A stretch of 64,000 nt of DNA. It comes from Auanema rhodensis. Lineage: Eukaryota; Animalia; Nematoda. Below the pieces are notes generated by a model that worked only from the letters and a program-made list of their open reading frames with translations, was not told the origin of the DNA and searched no databases. Both the position numbers and the translations under genes were made by a program. Below, in pieces: positions 56,321 through 64,000 of the stretch. The stretch's first letter is position 1, and each line of letters opens with the position of its first letter. The stretch covers positions 21,018,001 to 21,082,000 of the forward strand of contig OZ059895.1 in assembly GCA_964057225.1 (NCBI GenBank), written 5' to 3'.

Positions 56321-59300
56321 GTGCATGGTAACCATGACTTTGACATTTACGTGAACTTTAATTTATGCTTATTAAGTGTACACGTGATGTGCACTTGGTA
56401 TGTAACTCGCTTCACGTGAAAGATAAAGAGATGCGGTTTTCAAAATTAGATTCCCCATGTCCATATTAGTCTAAAAACAAATTTTTATTAATATTGGTGC
56501 ATGGTAACCATGACTTTGAAATTTACGTGAACTTTAATTTATGCTAATTAAGTGTACACATGATGTGCACTTGGTATGTTACTCGCTTCACGTGAAAGAT
56601 AAAGAGATGCGGTTTTCAAAATAGATTCCCCATTTCCATATTAGTCTAAAAACAAATTTTTATTGATATTGGTGCATGGCAACCATGACTTTAAAATTTA
56701 CGTGAACTTAAATTTATGCTAATTAAGTGTACACATGATGTGCACTTGGTATGTAACTCGCTTCACGTCAAAGATAAAGAGATGCGGTTTTCAAAATTAG
56801 ATTCCCCATTTCCATGTTAGTCTAAAAACAAATTTTTATTGATATTGGTGCATGGCAACCATGACTTTAAAATTTACGTGAACTTAAATTTATGCTAATT
56901 AAGTGTACACATGATGTGCACTTGGTATGTAACTCGCTTCACGTGAAAGATAAAGAGATGCGGTTTTCAAAATTAGATTCCCCATGTCCATATTAGTCTA
57001 AAAACAAATTTTTATTGATATTGGTGCATGGTAACCATGACTTTGAAATTTACGTGAACTTTAATTTATGCTAATTAAGTGTACACCTGATGTGCACTTG
57101 GTATGTAACTCGCTTCACGTGAAAGATAAAGAGATGCGGTTTTCAAAATTAGATTCCCCATTTCCATATTAGTCTAAAAACGAATTTTTATTGATATTGG
57201 TGCATGGTAACCATGACTTTGACATTTACGTGAACTTTAATTTATGCTTATTAAGTGTACACGTGATGTGCACTTGGTATGTAACTCGCTTCACGTGAAA
57301 GATAAAGAGATGCGGTTTTCAAAATTAGATTCCCCATGTCCATATTAGTCTAAAAACAAATTTTTATTAATATTGGTGCATGGTAACCATGACTTTGAAA
57401 TTTACGTGAACTTTAATTTATGCTAATTAAGTGTACACATGATGTGCACTTGGTATGTTACTCGCTTCGCGTGAAAGATAAAGAGATGCGGTTTTCAAAA
57501 TAGATTCCCCATTTCCATATTAGTCTAAAAACAAATTTTTATTGATATTGGTGCATGGCAACCATGACTTTAAAATTTACGTGAACTTAAATTTATGCTA
57601 ATTAAGTGTACACATGATGTGCACTTGGTATGTAACTCGCTTCACGTCAAAGATAAAGAGATGCGGTTTTCAAAATTAGATTCCCCATTTCCATGTTAGT
57701 CTAAAAACAAATTTTTATTGATATTGGTGCATGGCAACCATGACTTTAAAATTTACGTGAACTTAAATTTATGCTAATTAAGTGTACACATGATGTGCAC
57801 TTGGTATGTAACTCGCTTCACGTGAAAGATAAAGAGATGCGGTTTTCAAAATTAGATTCCCCATGTCCATATTAGTCTAAAAACAAATTTTTATTGATAT
57901 TGGTGCATGGTAACCATGACTTTGAAATTTACGTGAACTTTAATTTATGCTAATTAAATGTACACGTGATGTGCACTTGGTATGTAACTCGCTTCACGTG
58001 AAAGATGAAGAGATGCGGTTTTCAAAATTAGATTCCCCATGTCCATATTAGTCTAAAAACAAATTTTTATTAATATTGGTGCATGGTAACCATGACTTTG
58101 AAATTTACGTGAACTTAAATTTATGCTAATTAAGTGTACACATGATGTGCACTTGGTATGTAACTCGCTTCACGTGAAAGATAAAGAGATGCGGTTTTCA
58201 AAATTAGATTCCCCATGTCCATATTAGTCTAAAAACAAATTTTTATTAATATTGGTGCATGGTAACCATGACTTTGAAATTTACGTGAACTTTAATTTAT
58301 GCTAATTAAGTGTACACATGATGTGCACTTGGTATGTAACACGCTTTACGTCAAAGATAAAGAGATGCGGTTTTCAAAATTAGATTCCCCATGTCCATAT
58401 TAGTCTAAAAACAAATTTTTATTGATATTGGTGCATGGCAACCATGACTTTAAAATTTACGTGAACTTTAATTTATGCTAATTAAGTGTACACATGATGT
58501 GCACTTGGTATGTAACACGCTTTACGTCAAAGATAAAGAGATGCGGTTTTCAAAATTAGATTCCCCATGTCCATATTAGTCTAAAAACAAATTTTTATTG
58601 ATATTGGTGCATGGTAACCATGACTTTGAAATTTACGTGAACTTTAATTTATGCTAATTAAGTGTACACATGATGTGCGCTTGGTATGTAACTCGCTTCA
58701 CGTTAAAGATAAAGAGATGCGGTTTTCAAAATTAGATTCCCCATTTCCATATTAGTCTAAAAACAAATTTTTATTGATATTGGTGCATGGCAACCATGAC
58801 TTTAAAATTTACGTGAACTTTAATTTATGCTAATTAAGTGTACACATGATGTGCACTTGGTATGTAACTCGCTTCACGTCAAAGATAAAGAGATGCGGTT
58901 TTCAAAATTAGATTCCCCATGTCCATATTAGTCTAAAAACAAATTTTTATTAATATTGGTGCATGGTAACCATGACTTTGAAATTTACGTGAACTTTAAT
59001 TTATGCTAATTAAGTGTACACATGATGTGCACTTGGTATGTAACTCGCTTCACGTGAAAGATGAAGAGATGCGGTTTTCAAAAAAATTAGATTCCTCATG
59101 TCCATATTAGTCTAAAAACGATTTTTTATTGATATTGGTGCATGGTAACCATGACTTTGAAATTTACGTGAACTTTAATTTATGCTTATTAAGTGTACAC
59201 GTGATGTGCACTTGGTATGTAACTTGCTTCACGTGAAAGATAAAGGGATGCGGTTTTCAAAATTAGATTCCCCATTTCCATATTAGTCTAAAAACAAATT

Positions 59301-61985
59301 TTTATTGATATTGGTGCATGGTAACCATGACTTTGAAATTTACGTGAACTTTAATTTATGCTAATTAAGTGTACACATGATGTGCACTTGGTATGTAACT
59401 CGCTTCACGTGAAAGATAAAGGGATGCGGTTTTCAAAATTAGATTCCCCATGTTCATATTAGTCTAAAAACAAATTTTTATTAATATTGGTGCATGGTAA
59501 CCATGACTTTGAAATTTACGTGAACTTTAATTTATGCTAATTAAGTGTACACATGATATGCACTTGGTATGTAACTCGCTTCACGTGAAAGATAAAGAGA
59601 TGCGGTTTTCAAAATAGATTCCCCATTTCCATATCAGTCTAAAAACAAATTTTTATTGATATTGGTGCATGGCAACCATGACTTTAAAATTTACGTGAAC
59701 TTTAATTTATGCTAATTAAGTGTACACATGATGTGCACTTGGTATGTAACTCGCTTCACGTCAAAGATAAAGAGATGCGGTTTTCAAAATTAGATTCCCC
59801 ATGTCCATATTAGTCTAAAAACAAATTTTTATTAATATTGGTGCATGGAAACCATGACTTTGAAATTTACGTGAACTTTAATTTATGCTAATTAAGTGTA
59901 CACATGATGTGCACTTGGTATGTAACTCGCTTCACGTGAAAGATGAAGAGATGCGGTTTTCAAAAAAATTAGATTCCTCATGTCCATATTAGTCTAAAAA
60001 CGATTTTTTATTGATATTGGTGCATGGTAACCATGACTTTGAAATTTACGTGAACTTTAATTTATGCTTATTAAGTGTACACGTGATGTGCACTTGGTAT
60101 GTAACTCGCTTCACGTGAAAGATAAAGAGATGCGGTTTTCAAAATTAGATTCCCCATTTCCATATTAGTCTAAAAACGAATTTTTATTGATATTGGTGCA
60201 TGGTAACCATGACTTTGACATTTACGTGAACTTTAATTTATGCTTATTAAGTGTACACGTGATGTGCACTTGGTATGTAACTCGCTTCACGTGAAAGATA
60301 AAGAGATGCGGTTTTCAAAATTAGATTCCCCATGTCCATATTAGTCTAAAAACAAATTTTTATTAATATTGGTGCATGGTAACCATGACTTTGAAATTTA
60401 CGTGAACTTTACTTTATGCTAATTAAGTGTACACATGATGTGCACTTGGTATGTTACTCGCTTCACGTGAAAGATAAAGAGATGCGGTTTTCAAAATAGA
60501 TTCCCCATTTCCATATTAGTCTAAAAACAAATTTTTATTGATATTGGTGCATGGCAACCATGACTTTAAAATTTACGTGAACTTAAATTTATGCTAATTA
60601 AGTGTACACATGATGTGCACTTGGTATGTAACTCGCTTCACGTCAAAGATAAAGAGATGCGGTTTTCAAAATTAGATTCCCCATTTCCATGTTAGTCTAA
60701 AAACAAATTTTTATTGATATTGGTGCATGGCAACCATGACTTTAAAATTTACGTGAACTTAAATTTATGCTAATTAAGTGTACACATGATGTGCACTTGG
60801 TATGTAACTCGCTTCACGTGAAAGATAAAGAGATGCGGTTTTCAAAATTAGATTCCCCATGTCCATATTAGTCTAAAAACAAATTTTTATTGATATTGGT
60901 GCATGGTAACCATGACTTTGAAATTTACGTGAACTTCAATTTATGCTAATTAAGTGTACACCTGATGTGCACTTGGTATGTAACTCGCTTCACGTGAAAG
61001 ATAAAGAGATGCGGTTTTCAAAATTAGATTCCCCATTTCCATATTAGTCTAAAAACGAATTTTTATTGATATTGGTGCATGGTAACCATGACTTTGACAT
61101 TTACGTGAACTTTAATTTATGCTTATTAAGTGTACACGTGATGTGCACTTGGTATGTAACTCGCTTCACGTGAAAGATAAAGAGATGCGGTTTTCAAAAT
61201 TAGATTCCCCATGTCCATATTAGTCTAAAAACAAATTTTTATTAATATTGGTGCATGGTAACCATGACTTTGAAATTTACGTGAACTTTAATTTATGCTA
61301 ATTAAGTGTACACATGATGTGCACTTGGTATGTTACTCGCTTCACGTGAAAGATAAAGAGATGCGGTTTTCAAAATAGATTCCCCATTTCCATATTAGTC
61401 TAAAAACAAATTTTTATTGATATTGGTGCATGGCAACCATGACTTTAAAATTTACGTGAACTTAAATTTATGCTAATTAAGTGTACACATGATGTGCACT
61501 TGGTATGTAACTCGCTTCACGTCAAAGATAAAGAGATGCGGTTTTCAAAATTAGATTCCCCATTTCCATGTTAGTCTAAAAACAAATTTTTATTGATATT
61601 GGTGCATGGCAACCATGACTTTAAAATTTACGTGAACTTAAATTTATGCTAATTAAGTGTACACATGATGTGCACTTGGTATGTAACTCGCTTCACGTGA
61701 AAGATAAAGAGATGCGGTTTTCAAAATTAGATTCCCCATGTCCATATTAGTCTAAAAACAAATTTTTATTGATATTGGTGCATGGTAACCATGACTTTGA
61801 AATTTACGTGAACTTTAATTTATGCTAATTAAATGTACACGTGATGTGCACTTGGTATGTAACTCGCTTCACGTGAAAGATGAAGAGATGCGGTTTTCAA
61901 AATTAGATTCCCCATGTCCATATTAGTCTAAAAACAAATTTTTATTAATATTGGTGCATGGTAACCATGACTTTGAAATTTACGT
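54556..61985 (+). repeat. Duplication with 22-monomer offset (3875 bp): ~54.6-58.1 kb copied at ~58.4-62.0 kb, containing an internal 5-monomer duplication
   Basis: AACACGC 54639/58514, ATGTTCATAT 55575/59450, GGAAACC 55972/59847, TGACATTT 56341/60216 and 57220/61095 (internal offset 879 = 5 monomers). Confidence 0.88.
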
Positions 61986-62659
61986 GAACTTTAATTTATG
62001 CTAATTAAGTGTACACATGATATGCACTTGGTATGTAACTCGCTTCACGTGAAAGATAAAGAGATGCGGTTTTCAAAATTAGATTCCCCATGTCCATATT
62101 AGTCTAAAAACAAATTTTTATTAATATTGGTGCATGGTAACCATGACTTTGAAATTTACGTGAACTTTAATTTATGCTAATTAAGTGTACACATGATGTG
62201 CCTTTGGTATGTAACTCGCTTCACGTCGAAGATAAAGAGATGCGGTTTTCAAAATTAGATTCCCCATGTCCATATTAGTCTAAAAACAAATTTTAATTAA
62301 TATTGGTGCATGGTAACCATGACTTTGAAATTTACGTGAACTTTAATTTATGCTTATTAAGTGTACACGTGATGTGCACTTGGTATGTAACTCGCTTCAC
62401 GTGAAAGATAAAGAGATGCGGTTTTCAAAATTAGATTCCCCATGTCCATATTAGTCTAAAAACAAATTTTTATTAATATTGGTGCATGGTAACCATGACT
62501 TTGAAATTTACGTGAACTTCAATTTATGCTAATTAAGTGTACACGTGATGTGCACTTGGTATGTAACTCGCTTCACGTGAAAGATGAAGAGATGCGGTTT
62601 TCAAAATTAGATTCCCCATGTCCATATTAGTCTAAAAACAAATTTTTATTAATATTGGT

Positions 62660-64000
62660 GCATGGTAACCATGACTTTGAAATTTACGTGAACTTTAATT
62701 TATGCTAATTAAGTGTACACCTGATGTGCACTTGGTATGTAACTCGCTTCACGTGAAAGATAAAGAGATGCGGTTTTCAAAATTAGATTCCCCATTTCCA
62801 TATTAGTCTAAAAACGAATTTTTATTGATATTGGTGCATGGTAACCATGACTTTGACATTTACGTGAACTTTAATTTATGCTTATTAAGTGTACACGTGA
62901 TGTGCACTTGGTATGTAACTCGCTTCACGTGAAAGATAAAGAGATGCGGTTTTCAAAATTAGATTCTCCATGTCCATATTAGTCTAAAAACAAATTTTTA
63001 TTAATATTGGTGCATGGTAACCATGACTTTGAAATTTACGTGAACTTTAATTTATGCTAATTAAGTGTACACATGATGTGCACTTGGTATGTTACTCGCT
63101 TCACGTGAAAGATAAAGAGATGCGGTTTTCAAAATAGATTCCCCATTTCCATATTAGTCTAAAAACAAATTTTTATTGATATTGGTGCATGGCAACCATG
63201 ACTTTAAAATTTACGTGAACTTAAATTTATGCTAATTAAGTGTACACATGATGTGCACTTGGTATGTAACTCGCTTCACGTCAAAGATAAAGAGATGCGG
63301 TTTTCAAAATTAGATTCCCCATGTCCATATTAGTCTAAAAACAAATTTTTATTGATATTGGTGCATGGTAACCATGACTTTGAAATTTACGTGAACTTTA
63401 ATTTATGCTAATTAAGTGTACACCTGATGTGCACTTGGTATGTAACTCGCTTCACGTGAAAGATAAAGAGATGCGGTTTTCAAAATTAGATTCCCCATTT
63501 CCATATTAGTCTAAAAACGAATTTTTATTGATATTGGTGCATGGTAACCATGACTTTGACATTTACGTGAACTTTAATTTATGCTTATTAAGTGTACACG
63601 TGATGTGCACTTGGTATGTAACTCGCTTCACGTGAAAGATAAAGAGATGCGGTTTTCAAAATTAGATTCCCCATGTCCATATTAGTCTAAAAACAAATTT
63701 TTATTAATATTGGTGCATGGTAACCATGACTTTGAAATTTACGTGAACTTTAATTTATGCTAATTAAGTGTACACATGATGTGCACTTGGTATGTTACTC
63801 GCTTCACGTGAAAGATAAAGAGATGCGGTTCTCAAAATAGATTCCCCATTTCCATATTAGTCTAAAAACAAATTTTTATTGATATTGGTGCATGGCAACC
63901 ATGACTTTAAAATTTACGTGAACTTAAATTTATGCTAATTAAGTGTACACATGATGTGCACTTGGTATGTAACTCGCTTCACGTCAAAGATAAAGAGATG
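62660..64000 (+). repeat. Tandem 4-monomer duplication (703 bp)
   Basis: TGACATTT at 62854/63557, with CACCTGA and TGTTACTC markers repeating in register. Confidence 0.8.

Larger units (their letters stand above)
1..64000 (+). repeat. Tandem satellite DNA array, 176-bp monomer (~363 copies, single orientation; 175- and 179-bp length variants); probable centromeric/heterochromatic satellite of an unidentified eukaryote
   Basis: GTGCATGGTAACCATG recurs at 1, 177, 353 ... with period 176 to the end of the window. Monomers differ only by a few SNPs and 1-3 bp indels. About 56/176 G+C counted in the consensus. Both window ends lie within the array. The centromeric role is inference only. Confidence 0.98.

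Noticed and set aside
1-64000. CRISPR array or retron/repeat-spacer system suggested by regularly spaced palindromes
   Set aside because: There are no unique spacers: the whole 176 bp repeats. There are no cas, RT or other genes.
1-64000. 5S rRNA, tRNA or snRNA tandem gene array
   Set aside because: No recognisable 5S, tRNA cloverleaf or pol III box sequence. The unit is AT-rich and too short for a typical gene plus spacer.
1-64000. Embedded transposon, telomeric tract or strand inversion
   Set aside because: Reading through, I saw no departure from the monomer and no reverse-complement monomers. Marker offsets are all monomer multiples within a few bp.

Overview
The whole 64-kb window is one uninterrupted head-to-tail tandem satellite array. 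It holds about 363 copies of an AT-rich (~32% GC) 176-bp monomer, consensus approx. GTGCATGGTAACCATGACTTTGAAATTTACGTGAACTTTAATTTATGCTAATTAAGTGTACACRTGATGTGCACTTGGTATGTAACTCGCTTCACGTSAAAGATRAAGAGATGCGGTTTTCAAAATTAGATTCCCCATKTCCATATTAGTCTAAAAACAAATTTTTATTRATATTG, all in the same orientation. I saw no genes, RNA genes, transposons, inversions or unique spacers; the two supplied 60-aa ORFs are stop-loss artefacts of single monomers. Monomer length, homogeneity and array size fit a eukaryotic centromeric or heterochromatic satellite, but I do not recognise the family or species. The informative structure is in the variant pattern. Rare diagnostic SNPs, traced by eye, reveal nested higher-order duplications with offsets of 4, 5, 6, 8, 11, 13, 17, 22 and 42 monomers. 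They also show a 12-monomer core block present six times, where the outer copies share one state and the inner copies another, plus long-range copies 18-23 kb apart and regionally confined variant domains. The monomer itself is rich in dyad symmetries, carries three roughly helically phased ACGTGA-type cores, and has almost all length variation at one hotspot.
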